A DNA stretch of 64,000 nucleotides, taken from the IMG/VR virus record IMGVR_UViG_3300032240_002285, positions 1 to 64,000 of that record; one strand, 5' to 3'. The translations under genes were made by a program, and so were the position numbers. Below, piece by piece: positions 9,776 through 20,231 of this stretch. Under the pieces are notes generated by a model. It was given only the letters and a program-made list of their open reading frames with translations, did not search any database and was not told the DNA's origin. This DNA is from a virus. Position 1 is the first letter of the stretch. Each line of letters starts with the position of its first letter.

Positions 9776-10932
9776 AAATAGGAGTAATTGGTGCAGGTAG
9801 GTTAGGTCTTACATTTGCACTATTATGTGAAAAAAATGGTTACGAAGTTTTAGTGTCTGACGTTAGAGAAGATTATGTTTACAATCTTAATCAAAAAATT
9901 TGTGTTACAAATGAACCGTTAATACAAGATATGTTGTTTGAGTCAACTAAACTAAGTGCAACAACAGACAACATAGAAATTATAAAGAATTGTGATACTA
10001 TTTTCACATTTGTTGCAACTCCTTCAACAATTGAAGGTAACTATGACGTATCGAAAGTTTTTGAAGTTTCAGGAAATTTTAATACTGCATCAGCACTTGA
10101 TATACCTCTTTATAATAAAAAATTCATTATTGGTTGTACAACAAACCCTGGTGACGTGGAACAAATTCAACAAAGATTGAATATGTTTAATATTCAAGTT
10201 GCTTATAATCCCGAGTTTATTGCCCAAGGTGAAATTGTAAAAGGATTAGAACAATCTGATATTTTGTTAATTGGTACGGAATATCAAGAATTAGCAAATG
10301 AGCTTATTGAAATTTATAATAGAATTCAGACTACACCTGTTAACGCTTATATTATGTCTCCCAAAGCTGCAGAAATTACAAAAATAGGTATAAATTGTTT
10401 CTTAACAACTAAAATCAGTTACGCTAACATGATGGGTGACATCATGACAAAGGCTGGGATTAAGGGTGAGATAGATATGGTATTAAGCGCTATTGGTGGT
10501 GATACAAGAGTTGGTAAAAAATACATGAAATATGGATTTGGTTTTGGGGGACCATGTTTACCAAGAGACAATAGGGCTTTAGGACATTATGCTAAAAATT
10601 TAGGTATGGAGTTGAATTTACCATTAACTGTAGATTCATTCAACAAAGAACACGCGACTTTCTTAAAAGATTATTATGTTAGTTTGAATCCCGATAAATC
10701 TAATCCATTCGTGATGAACTATATCACATACAAAAGGGGAACTGATATTTTGGAAGAGTCACAACAATTTCAGTTGTGTATAGATTTGTTGAATGAGGGG
10801 TACATGGTAAACGTAATTGAAATTGACGCAATTAGTTCAAAACTGAACTATTTGTCAGAAAGTTATGATAATAGATTAAAATTTTATAAACAAGGTACTA
10901 AACCTGAAGGATTTATAATTAATTTACAATGA
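9772..10932 (+). CDS. UDP-glucose/GDP-mannose 6-dehydrogenase family protein
   Basis: GAGRLG, YNPEFIAQG, GFGFGGPCLPRD. Confidence 0.9.
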   Translation: MKIGVIGAGRLGLTFALLCEKNGYEVLVSDVREDYVYNLNQKICVTNEPLIQDMLFESTKLSATTDNIEIIKNCDTIFTFVATPSTIEGNYDVSKVFEVSGNFNTASALDIPLYNKKFIIGCTTNPGDVEQIQQRLNMFNIQVAYNPEFIAQGEIVKGLEQSDILLIGTEYQELANELIEIYNRIQTTPVNAYIMSPKAAEITKIGINCFLTTKISYANMMGDIMTKAGIKGEIDMVLSAIGGDTRVGKKYMKYGFGFGGPCLPRDNRALGHYAKNLGMELNLPLTVDSFNKEHATFLKDYYVSLNPDKSNPFVMNYITYKRGTDILEESQQFQLCIDLLNEGYMVNVIEIDAISSKLNYLSESYDNRLKFYKQGTKPEGFIINLQ

Positions 10933-11657
10933 TAAAATTTGTTTGTTGTTTTTGGAATGCCGAAAAATACATAAAAAATTGTATTAAAACTATTAAATCA
11001 CAGTCTGACAAAGACTTTGAAGTTTACTTAATAGATGATATGTCAACTGATAATACAGTTGAAATTACTAAAAAATTAATTGAGGGAGACTCTCGTTTCA
11101 AACTAATTGTCAATCAAGAAAAAAAATTCAAGTTAAAAAATTTGGATGAATTGATTTATCAGTTTGACGATGAAGATATTGTGATAGAAATTGATGGAGA
11201 TGATTTTTTGTTAAACCCTGATGTTGTTTCAGACATTAGAAAAATGTATTCAGACGGTCAGGTATGGTTAACTAATGGCTCATTTATGTACTCTCACGGT
11301 GACTTAGGTTTTTCAACAAAATGTAATCCTGATACTGTTAGAAAAGACGTTTTTACCTTTTCCCATTTAAGAACTTGGAAAACTTTTTTATGGAAAGCAA
11401 TACCTGAAAGTTATTTGAAAGATGACGATGGTACTTACTTCAAGTCTGCAGCAGACGTTGCATATACTTTTTCATTATTAGAGTTAGCAGGGGAAGAAAA
11501 TTATAGATTTATACCAAAACTTTATTATGTTTATAATGCCGAATCACCATACAATGACCATAAAATTGGTAGTGCAACTGGCGGGGGACATAGAGAACAA
11601 GAAAGATGTTCCAATATAATCAGAAATAAAACTAAACTAAAAAAATTAATTAGATGA
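10929..11657 (+). CDS. Glycosyltransferase family 2
   Basis: IDDMSTDNT, IDGDD. Confidence 0.85.
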   Translation: MIKFVCCFWNAEKYIKNCIKTIKSQSDKDFEVYLIDDMSTDNTVEITKKLIEGDSRFKLIVNQEKKFKLKNLDELIYQFDDEDIVIEIDGDDFLLNPDVVSDIRKMYSDGQVWLTNGSFMYSHGDLGFSTKCNPDTVRKDVFTFSHLRTWKTFLWKAIPESYLKDDDGTYFKSAADVAYTFSLLELAGEENYRFIPKLYYVYNAESPYNDHKIGSATGGGHREQERCSNIIRNKTKLKKLIR

Positions 11658-12463
11658 GTAATTTGATATCCTGTAATTTAATGGGAGGACTTGGAAACCA
11701 ACTTTTTCAAGCAGCACATGCCGTCTCACATGCAATGAAATTAAACAGAGAGGCGGTTTTTGTACCACATTCGTGGACTCCAATGCAAGGGAGACAAACC
11801 GAAAATTATCTTGACAACATTTTCAGAAATTTGAAATTTGTTGAAAGTATTGATGGATTTGAAAAAGTTAGTGAAGGTCCATGGGAATACATAGATGTTT
11901 ATGCGAAAGAACACAATACAGTTTTTGATGGATACTTCCAAAGTAGTAAAAACTTTTTTGGATTTGACGACGAGATTAGAAAAATCTTTTCACCGACAGA
12001 AGAATTTATTCAAGAAATGTATGTGAAACATCCAGAACTTAATCAAGAAAAAACTTTATCAATTCACATTCGTAGAGGAGATTGTTTTATGAATCCTGAC
12101 ATTCATCCAATCGCAAATAAAAAATATGTGGAAAGGGCACTAAAAGAGATTGGAGAATATTCTCATGTATTTGTTTTCAGTGACGATAAAGACTGGGTTA
12201 AAGAAAACTTGAAATTTGAAAATGTAACTTATGTTGATGATGTGGACTATAAAGAAATGTGGTTAATGTCACTATGTAAAAATCATATAATGGTTAACTC
12301 TACATTCTCTTGGTGGGGAACTTTTTTAAACCCAAATAAAAATAAAAAAATAGTCGCCCCTTCAATTTGGTTTGGACCAAGAGGCCCAAGAAATTATCAA
12401 GATATCTACGAACCATATTGGACGGTATTAGAGGTTAATTACGAAGACGGATGGTTAAGTTAA
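11654..12463 (+). CDS. GT11 alpha-1,2-fucosyltransferase-like protein
   Basis: GGLGNQLF, GYFQS, HIRRGD, FSDD, NSTFSWW. Confidence 0.9.
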   Translation: MSNLISCNLMGGLGNQLFQAAHAVSHAMKLNREAVFVPHSWTPMQGRQTENYLDNIFRNLKFVESIDGFEKVSEGPWEYIDVYAKEHNTVFDGYFQSSKNFFGFDDEIRKIFSPTEEFIQEMYVKHPELNQEKTLSIHIRRGDCFMNPDIHPIANKKYVERALKEIGEYSHVFVFSDDKDWVKENLKFENVTYVDDVDYKEMWLMSLCKNHIMVNSTFSWWGTFLNPNKNKKIVAPSIWFGPRGPRNYQDIYEPYWTVLEVNYEDGWLS

Positions 12464-13269
12464 ACATGTTATCGAGAAATTTCGCACATGACAAAGGGTC
12501 AACTGCGAACAAGGCACCTGTTCATATCGAATGGTGTTTTAACAGTTACGATAATCCAATTTCTGTTTATTTGGATAACGATTTGTTTAAAGGTATTGAA
12601 GACCACAAAGTTGATGGTGGAGAAAAAAAGAAATTTCTTTGGGTTATTGAATCAAGAAAGTTTGATGGTGGTGCAATAGACAATATCAAAAATAATTTAG
12701 ACGCAGTACTTGAAACATTTGAGCAAATTTGGACTCATAATGATGAACTATTACAGTTAAGTTCAAAATTCAAATGGACACCAGCATATGGTAGTTACAT
12801 TAAAGAATTTGGTATTCATCTCAAAACTAAAATGGCTTCTATGATTACTTCCGATAAAAGATGGACACGTCAACATGAAATCAGACACGATTTTGCTATG
12901 GCAAACAAAGACAAGATTGATGTATTTGGAAGAGGAATTCAAGAAATTCCAAACAAAGAAATTGGTTTGAAAGATTACCGTTTTTCTTTTTGTGTTGAAA
13001 ATGATACGTATGACACTTACTTTACTGAAAAAATATTAGATTGTTTTGCAACAGGAACTATACCTGTTTATATGGGTACTCCAAAAATTGTAGAGTACTT
13101 TAACTCGGACGGTATTATTTTTTTCGACGGTAATTTTGATGTATCAACATTGACAGAGGAATTATATAATTCCAAAATAGATGCAATAAAAGATAATTAT
13201 GAAAGAGTACAAAAATATAGTGTACTTGACGATTGGATTTTTGAAAACTATCTAACTTACTATGTCTAA
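12451..13269 (+). CDS. GT10 alpha-1,3-fucosyltransferase-like protein
   Basis: YRFSFCVEN...YFTEKILDCFATGTIPVYMG. Confidence 0.85.
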   Translation: MVKLNMLSRNFAHDKGSTANKAPVHIEWCFNSYDNPISVYLDNDLFKGIEDHKVDGGEKKKFLWVIESRKFDGGAIDNIKNNLDAVLETFEQIWTHNDELLQLSSKFKWTPAYGSYIKEFGIHLKTKMASMITSDKRWTRQHEIRHDFAMANKDKIDVFGRGIQEIPNKEIGLKDYRFSFCVENDTYDTYFTEKILDCFATGTIPVYMGTPKIVEYFNSDGIIFFDGNFDVSTLTEELYNSKIDAIKDNYERVQKYSVLDDWIFENYLTYYV

Positions 13270-13966
13270 AATTTGTTTGATAAGACAACCCGCAGGTATT
13301 GGAGACATTTTCTTTTGTCAAAAAATTGCAAAAGATTGTATTTTCAAAGGGTATGAAGTTTGGTGGCCAGTTATATCTGAGTTTGAATTTATAAAGGATT
13401 ACATAAAAGTTGATGGATTAAACTTCATTAATGAAAATGATAATTTTCCTCATAAAAACATCTATAGGGAAGGTTATAGTAAACCTCTACAAATTTCAGA
13501 TGATTCTGTTTATTTACCGATTCAACATTTTGATAGACACTTTGACTGTTCGGTAATGCACGCAAAGTACAAAATGTTAAACATGGACTATTCGGATTGG
13601 ATGGACCATTTTTCTTTTGAAAGAAATCTTGAAAGGGAACAAAAATTGATTGACTATTTCGGTGTTCAAGATAAAGAATTTGTGTTAGTGAATCGAATGT
13701 TTGGTTCACCTCCAGATTCTAAACCATGTATTCATATGGGAGAATATGAAAACTCAGTTGAGATGAAATATCTTGGTTGGGATAATTTATTTGATTGGAT
13801 TGGATTATTGTTGAAAGCTAAACACATTTATACTGTCGAGACTTCAATATTATATATTATTACAAAACTTGGATTGAAAAACGTAACTGTTTATTCAAGA
13901 CACAACCCACCAAGTTTCCATCAAGTAGAACACATGTTTGATAAAGATTTAACTTATATATTATGA
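13262..13966 (+). CDS. Putative GT-B glycosyltransferase or glycan-modifying protein
   Basis: N-terminal PAGIGDIF; position inside the cluster. Confidence 0.55.
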   Translation: MSKICLIRQPAGIGDIFFCQKIAKDCIFKGYEVWWPVISEFEFIKDYIKVDGLNFINENDNFPHKNIYREGYSKPLQISDDSVYLPIQHFDRHFDCSVMHAKYKMLNMDYSDWMDHFSFERNLEREQKLIDYFGVQDKEFVLVNRMFGSPPDSKPCIHMGEYENSVEMKYLGWDNLFDWIGLLLKAKHIYTVETSILYIITKLGLKNVTVYSRHNPPSFHQVEHMFDKDLTYIL

Positions 13967-14346
13967 TTTATACACCAGTAAGTGTAGGGGAATTGATTGA
14001 CAAATTATCAATCCTACAAGTAAAAAAAACAAAAATTACTAACAAAGAAAAGTTAGATTACGTAAATAAAGAGTTCGAATTGTTGTATAATTTATCTTCG
14101 GTTTATTTAGATAACAAAGAACTTGAAACATTATATCACATATTAGTAAAAACAAATTCAAAACTTTGGGACATTGAAGATAAACTTCGAGTTTTGGAAA
14201 GTAAAAAAAAGTTTGACGATGAATTTGTTGAATTAGCAAGAAATGTTTATTTTACCAATGATGAAAGATTCAGTCTAAAAAATCAAATAAATAAAATTAC
14301 AGACTCTGAAATCAGAGAAATAAAAGAGTACATTGAATACCAATAA
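13963..14346 (+). CDS. DUF6165-like protein
   Basis: PVSVGELIDKLSIL...LWDIED...LARNVYFTNDER. Confidence 0.75.
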   Translation: MIYTPVSVGELIDKLSILQVKKTKITNKEKLDYVNKEFELLYNLSSVYLDNKELETLYHILVKTNSKLWDIEDKLRVLESKKKFDDEFVELARNVYFTNDERFSLKNQINKITDSEIREIKEYIEYQ

Positions 14347-14347
14347 G

Positions 14348-15019
14348 ATGATAGAGAACATTAAAGAATCACTGAAAAATTATTTTGAAGACGAAAGTTT
14401 GATTAACCCTGAAGGAACGCCAGGCTCTGAAACTGGTTATCCCGAAAGAGATGTAAATTGGATGAGAGAAAACTTAATCCCAAGAATTAATAATTTAATC
14501 GATAAAACCATAAATAAAAATTGTTTGGACGTTGGATGTGCTCAAGGATATTTTACAAGGGTTTTGAATGAAACTTTTGAAAAAACTTATGGTATTGATT
14601 TATCAAACAACAGAATTAATTATGCTAAAAAATATGAGACTGAAACTTTGAAATTTGTTCAATCAGACTTGACTGAAAGTTTTATTGACAAATTACCTAT
14701 AAAGTTTGATTTTATGTTCACAAATGCGGTTCTTCCACATATTCCTTTAGAATTTAAATCAGATGTTTTAAAGAATTTGGCAGAGGTTGCAAATCCAGGT
14801 TGTATTTTTGTAATGTATGATGGAATGTTAGATGATGAGGGAAAACATAAACACGATGGAAACAAACAAGCCGATTTTGAAAATTGGAATGGAAAACAAA
14901 TTATAAGAGTTGTTTTTATTAGTGAAAAATGGTTACGTGAAAATGCTAAAGATTGGGAAATATTACAAATTAATAACATCGGTTACGGAACTGAAGAAAT
15001 AGTTTTGAAAAGAAAATAA
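14348..15019 (+). CDS. Class I SAM-dependent methyltransferase
   Basis: LDVGCAQG, GIDLS, AVLPHI; ATG at 14348 preferred over the track start of 14333. Confidence 0.85.
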   Translation: MIENIKESLKNYFEDESLINPEGTPGSETGYPERDVNWMRENLIPRINNLIDKTINKNCLDVGCAQGYFTRVLNETFEKTYGIDLSNNRINYAKKYETETLKFVQSDLTESFIDKLPIKFDFMFTNAVLPHIPLEFKSDVLKNLAEVANPGCIFVMYDGMLDDEGKHKHDGNKQADFENWNGKQIIRVVFISEKWLRENAKDWEILQINNIGYGTEEIVLKRK

Positions 15020-15056
15020 TTTCAGAATAAGTTTGTAAAAAACTCAGAGATAATAT

Positions 15057-15887
15057 ATGAAAAAATCGGTAATTTTAACATCAAGGAATGATAACTATGG
15101 AGGTAATTTACACCAAAGGACTACTATGGCGATTAGTTCACTAATAGAAAATCATGACGAAGTTATTTTTGTTGATTGGAAAACAAAAGATGGTGAAGGT
15201 GTAATTTCAAGTATTAAATACAAATTACCCCACACTAAAAAGTTAAAATGTGTTCAAGTCTCAACTGATTTTTTGAATGAAAAATATCCTGATATTTCAA
15301 ACTACACAATAGTAGAATCTATTGGTAGAAATATTGGTATCAGAAGAGCGGATAATGATTATATTATTTCAACTAACATAGACATTGTTACAACACCTTT
15401 AGATAATTCAGTATTAAAAGAAAACATTTTTTATACAGTACCTAGAAGAGATGTTGATGAAGCTTTTCATTTAGGATTTCAATCATACGAGGAGTTGTAT
15501 AATACACTTTGGAACAATAAAGAATCTTACAGACCAAAAGAAAGAATTGAAACTAACGAAGATAAGTGGTCTTTGATTAATTGTTGTGGAGATTATCAAG
15601 TTGGTCATAGAAATGTTTGGAATCAAATGAAGGGATTTGAAGAGTCAGTTTTGTTTGGTTGTGGTATTGACACTAATGTAATGAAAAAAGCATCTTGGTA
15701 CTCAACTATTGAAGTTTTAGACCATTACATTTTCCATCTCAATCATGGAAAAAATGGAAATATGGAAGAAAATGAATCTATACCTCCCATGTCCGAACAA
15801 AATTCAATCATTAAAGATTTCAACGAAACTACAAACTCTGATAACTGGGGAATGTTTAATGAAGATTTACCAATAGAATTAATTTAG
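15057..15887 (+). CDS. GT-A fold glycosyltransferase-like protein
   Basis: SRNDNYGG, RNIGIRRA, TNID, GFEES, FHLNH. Confidence 0.7.
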   Translation: MKKSVILTSRNDNYGGNLHQRTTMAISSLIENHDEVIFVDWKTKDGEGVISSIKYKLPHTKKLKCVQVSTDFLNEKYPDISNYTIVESIGRNIGIRRADNDYIISTNIDIVTTPLDNSVLKENIFYTVPRRDVDEAFHLGFQSYEELYNTLWNNKESYRPKERIETNEDKWSLINCCGDYQVGHRNVWNQMKGFEESVLFGCGIDTNVMKKASWYSTIEVLDHYIFHLNHGKNGNMEENESIPPMSEQNSIIKDFNETTNSDNWGMFNEDLPIELI

Positions 15888-15888
15888 A

Positions 15889-16533
15889 ATGGCAACAGTA
15901 TTAAGAATTCCAAAAACAATTTTTATCGTTGGTGGTAATGCTGGTGCTAAAATAGTAACAAACATTTTTAAGATGACACACCCTAATCATGGGTTACGTT
16001 ATGTTGAATGTTTCTGTGATGAGATAACAACTAATCGGTTATTCCGAACAGTTGAAGAATCTTTGGATACATTAAAAGATGAAAACATAGACTATTTTAT
16101 TGCAACTGGGGATAATGAATTACGAAAAAAACACTACGAGTTAATTAAGAATTACACTAATAAAGAACCTATTAATTGTATTCACCCTACCGCAGTTATT
16201 GAATCAAGTTTGGTTGGACATGGTAATTTAATTTGTCCAAATGCGGTTACACATATAGATTCTAAAATCCATAACTGTACTATAATCAATACTGGTTCAG
16301 TTGTTGAACATGATTGTGAAGTAAAAAGTTTTTCTCAAATTTCTCCTAATGTAACTTTATGTGGATACGTTAGTATTGGTGAAGGTTCATTTATTGGAGC
16401 AGGAAGTACCATAATTCCAAAAATATCGGTAGGGTACGACTCTATTGTTGCCGCAGGTTCTGTTGTAATAAAAGATGTCCAACATTGTACCATGGTTGCT
16501 GGTGTACCAGCAAAAATAAAAAAACATTTATAA
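15889..16533 (+). CDS. NeuD/PglD-family sugar acetyltransferase (hexapeptide repeats)
   Basis: IHPTA, INTGSVVEHDC, VAGVPAK. Confidence 0.9.
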   Translation: MATVLRIPKTIFIVGGNAGAKIVTNIFKMTHPNHGLRYVECFCDEITTNRLFRTVEESLDTLKDENIDYFIATGDNELRKKHYELIKNYTNKEPINCIHPTAVIESSLVGHGNLICPNAVTHIDSKIHNCTIINTGSVVEHDCEVKSFSQISPNVTLCGYVSIGEGSFIGAGSTIIPKISVGYDSIVAAGSVVIKDVQHCTMVAGVPAKIKKHL

Positions 16534-16535
16534 TA

Positions 16536-17699
16536 ATGAAAAATTTTAATATACCTATCTTCAGACTTAAATTTGATTTTATGTCAAAGATTAAATTCTT
16601 AAAAGGTTCATGGGACATCTTATCATCAGATAGACCATTAGGAGAATCAAAATATGTAAAAGAATTTGAAGACAAATTTGCAAAACTTTCTGATTCAAAA
16701 TATTCTTTAGCTTGTTCTAATGGAACAACCGCAATTGAATTGGCTTTGAAGTCAATTGATGTTAGAGGTAAAAAAGTTTTAATACCGTCAAACACATTCT
16801 TTGCAACAAGTGTTGCGGTTACAAATGCTGGTGGTAGTGTAGAACTTGTTGATATGGAATCAGATTCATTTTCAATGTGTCCTGATGATTTAGAAAAAAA
16901 AATAACACCTGAGGTTGGAGCGGTTATTATTGTTCATATTGGTGGAATCATATCTAACAAAATGACTAAAATAGTTAACTTGTGTAAAAAAAATAAAGTT
17001 CATTTAATTGAAGATGCTGCACATGCACATTGTTCGGTAAGTGGAAATTATAAAGCTGGCACCATAGGTTCGATTGGTTGTTTTTCATTTTTCCCTACAA
17101 AAGTTATGACAACAGGTGAAGGTGGAATAATAACAACAAATAACCAAGAGTTATATGAGAAAATGAAGTCACTCAAAAATTTTGGTAGAGACAACAAAGA
17201 CGGTGGTATCATCATCAATGATGGAGGTAACAATTTCAAAATAAATGAATTTACTGGATTGTTAGGAAGTATTGAGTGTGATAGAGTTCTTTCAAGAATA
17301 AGTAAAAGAACGGAGTTACTAGAAAGATATTTTACTAATCTAAAAGAAACAAAATACTTTGTTTTGAAACAAAAGGGAAAGGGAGTTTGTTCTTATTATA
17401 AGGCTATTGTTAAGACCCCAATTGATAGTGTTTGGTTGAAAAAATACTGTAAAGAAAAGAATATTACATTGACTGGAGAAGTATATAAAATACCTGTTCA
17501 TCAACAACCTCTATACAAAAGTAAATTTTCCTATGTAAATTTACCAAAAACTGATTATTATTGTAATCATCATATATGCCCACCACTTTATCCTGAATTG
17601 TCTTTTGATGAAATTGATTACATATGTGATGTATTAAAACAAGCATTAGTTGATTATGAAGAACAGAGTCGCAAAACTAACTCAAATAAGAAAAATTGA
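16536..17699 (+). CDS. DegT/DnrJ/EryC1/StrS PLP-dependent sugar aminotransferase
   Basis: SNGTTA, IEDAAHA, FSFFPTKVMTTGEGG; ATG at 16536. Confidence 0.9.
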   Translation: MKNFNIPIFRLKFDFMSKIKFLKGSWDILSSDRPLGESKYVKEFEDKFAKLSDSKYSLACSNGTTAIELALKSIDVRGKKVLIPSNTFFATSVAVTNAGGSVELVDMESDSFSMCPDDLEKKITPEVGAVIIVHIGGIISNKMTKIVNLCKKNKVHLIEDAAHAHCSVSGNYKAGTIGSIGCFSFFPTKVMTTGEGGIITTNNQELYEKMKSLKNFGRDNKDGGIIINDGGNNFKINEFTGLLGSIECDRVLSRISKRTELLERYFTNLKETKYFVLKQKGKGVCSYYKAIVKTPIDSVWLKKYCKEKNITLTGEVYKIPVHQQPLYKSKFSYVNLPKTDYYCNHHICPPLYPELSFDEIDYICDVLKQALVDYEEQSRKTNSNKKN

Positions 17700-18684
17700 A
17701 ATCTTTGAAGAAGAGATTCCATTATTAAAAGAAGGTCAAATACTTGTCGCCATGAAATCCGTAGGAATTTGTGGTTCCGACATGCACTATTTCAAAGAGG
17801 GTGGACTTGGTTCTTTCAAAAATCCATTACCAATGTACATGGGGCACGAACCATCAGGTGTAATTGTAGATAGTAACGGTTCAACTAAATTTAATGATGG
17901 GGATAGAGTTGCTGTAGAACCAGGTATGCCGTGTGTAACATCATATTGGTCAATGAAAGGTAAACACAATCTTTGTGAGAAAGGTACATTCATGGGAGCC
18001 AACGCACAGGGAGCGTTTTCAGACTATGTCGTTGTTGAAGAATTACAACTGGTTAAAATTCCTGATTCAATGTCATATAATTTAGCGAGTTTACTTGAAC
18101 CTTTAGGGGTTTGTTTACACACTGCTAATTTAATTGAACCTAAATTTACAGAATCTGCAACAATTTTTGGTTCAGGACCAATAGGTTTATGTATGTTTTC
18201 TATTCTAAAGAAGGCGGGATTAAAAGACATTTTCATGATTGATAAGTTACCTTACCGAGTTAAATTTGCAAAAGAATTTGGTGCAACAGATTCATACTTA
18301 CTTGCTGACGATTACAACAAAAAAATCAAAGAAATGACTAATGGTATGGGTACAACAATTACTGTTGATACAGGAGGTACTGCAGAGTCAATTGACGGGT
18401 GTATTAATGTTGCGTCAGTAAATGGTAAAGTTGCTTTGATTGGTATACCTGAATCTGACATGGTAAATTACAATCCTCATAGAATGAGAACAAAAGAATT
18501 AACAATCAAAAATGTTAGACGTTCAAATCAAACATTAGATGATTGTGTTAAAAACTATACAGGTGATATAGATATTGAAAAGATTATTTCTCACGAATTT
18601 AAATTTGAAGATATTCAAAAAGCCTTTGATTTAGTTGCCGATTATGGTGACGGAGTATTAAAATGTATTATAACTAATAACTAA
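17656..18684 (+). CDS. Zn-dependent medium-chain (polyol/sugar) dehydrogenase
   Basis: GICGSD, GHEPSG, GDRV, GSGPIG. Confidence 0.9.
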   Translation: MKNRVAKLTQIRKIEIFEEEIPLLKEGQILVAMKSVGICGSDMHYFKEGGLGSFKNPLPMYMGHEPSGVIVDSNGSTKFNDGDRVAVEPGMPCVTSYWSMKGKHNLCEKGTFMGANAQGAFSDYVVVEELQLVKIPDSMSYNLASLLEPLGVCLHTANLIEPKFTESATIFGSGPIGLCMFSILKKAGLKDIFMIDKLPYRVKFAKEFGATDSYLLADDYNKKIKEMTNGMGTTITVDTGGTAESIDGCINVASVNGKVALIGIPESDMVNYNPHRMRTKELTIKNVRRSNQTLDDCVKNYTGDIDIEKIISHEFKFEDIQKAFDLVADYGDGVLKCIITNN

Positions 18685-18685
18685 T

Positions 18686-19294
18686 ATGAAATTAAATTTA
18701 GACTATACTGGTGACAGTAGATGGGAACAAATGTCTAGTATACATAAAACTAGCCTCCCTATCCCAAACTTATTTGTAAGTTTACTTTACAGATATCAAG
18801 ACCAAATTCCTAATCTTAAAGATATCAATTTTGCAATTGAGACTGGAACTCATGATGCTAGAACTTCTATTTTCTTGGCGGAACATTTTGACGCAGCATT
18901 TACTGTTGAATTATTTCCTGACCATAATCCATATGATGGAAAAAGTTATAGACAATTATATGAAGAAATTAATCAAAAACATAAAAATTTAACTTTCTTG
19001 TTTGGTAATTCAAATAAAGTACTATCTTCAGTTTTAGAAGAATTACCTGACGAAAGATTTTTCATTTTACTAGATGCTCACAGCATGTTAGATGGCCCTT
19101 TGAGAGAAGAATTAATTGCTATTAATAAATCAAGTAATAGAAAAGACCACGTAATGTTAATTGATGACTGTAGAGATTTAGGACAAGGTAACTTTCCGTC
19201 ATTACAAGAATTCAAAGAATTACTTTACGCAATTAACCCTGACTATACTATCATTAACACAGAAGAGGGTAACCACATTTATTTAGTTTATTAA
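18686..19294 (+). CDS. Putative SAM-dependent methyltransferase
   Basis: IETGT, TVE, GNS, LDAH, IDD. Confidence 0.65.
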   Translation: MKLNLDYTGDSRWEQMSSIHKTSLPIPNLFVSLLYRYQDQIPNLKDINFAIETGTHDARTSIFLAEHFDAAFTVELFPDHNPYDGKSYRQLYEEINQKHKNLTFLFGNSNKVLSSVLEELPDERFFILLDAHSMLDGPLREELIAINKSSNRKDHVMLIDDCRDLGQGNFPSLQEFKELLYAINPDYTIINTEEGNHIYLVY

Positions 19295-19295
19295 A

Positions 19296-20231
19296 ATGAA
19301 AAAATTTATAGTTACAACAACAATTAATTCACCAACAGAAGCAACTCACAAATTCTGTGATATTGCCGATAAAAAAGATTTTATTTTTGTTATAGTTGGT
19401 GATACAAAAACTCCTCACGAAGAATATGAAAAATTGGTTGAGGAACATAAAAATGTGGTTTATTTAACACCTGATGTTCAAGACGAACTTTATCCCGCAC
19501 TGTCAGAAATAATTGGTTGGAAAACAATTCAAAGAAGAAATATTGGTTTTGTATTTGCTTACCAAAATGGTGCTGACATTGTTGCAACAGTTGACGATGA
19601 CAATATTCCTTATAGTTCCTGGGGTGACAATATTTTACTGGGACAAGAAATTGAGGTTGACGAATATGAAAACATCTCATGTCCGTATTTTGATGCAATA
19701 TCAACCACAGAACATAATGACCTTTGGCACAGAGGTTTCCCTATTGAATATCTACAAGTTAAAAACAATATTGAATACAAGGGAAAAACAAAAATCACTC
19801 CAATGGTTCAAGCAGAGTTTTGGGATGGTGACCCTGATATTGACGCAATCTGTAGACTAAGTAAAAAACCAATCGTAAAATTCAATCCATTTGACCCGTT
19901 CACAACAAAACAACTTACGCCATTTAATTCGCAAAACACTTTCTTACACAGAGATGTTCTTAAATATTATTCTGTCTTTCCATATACAGGTAGAATGGAT
20001 GATATTTGGGGAGCATATGTTATGCAACATTATTTCCCTAACTCTGTCATCTTTGCAAAAGCTTCGGTATACCAAGCAAGAAATCCACAAGATTTGGTTA
20101 AGAATTTAGAGAATGAAGTTATTGGTTACAGAGGGACATTAAACCTTATAGATAATATAAAAGACTACAGGGATTTACTTCCTGCTAAAACTGTTGAATA
20201 TTTTAACATATATCAAAAACATTTCAATTAA
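19296..20231 (+). CDS. STELLO (DUF288)/RGP (GT75)-like GT-A protein
   Basis: VTTTIN, VGDTKTP, RRNIGF, DDDN, RGFP, GDPDIDA, FNSQNT, RMDDIW. Confidence 0.75.
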   Translation: MKKFIVTTTINSPTEATHKFCDIADKKDFIFVIVGDTKTPHEEYEKLVEEHKNVVYLTPDVQDELYPALSEIIGWKTIQRRNIGFVFAYQNGADIVATVDDDNIPYSSWGDNILLGQEIEVDEYENISCPYFDAISTTEHNDLWHRGFPIEYLQVKNNIEYKGKTKITPMVQAEFWDGDPDIDAICRLSKKPIVKFNPFDPFTTKQLTPFNSQNTFLHRDVLKYYSVFPYTGRMDDIWGAYVMQHYFPNSVIFAKASVYQARNPQDLVKNLENEVIGYRGTLNLIDNIKDYRDLLPAKTVEYFNIYQKHFN

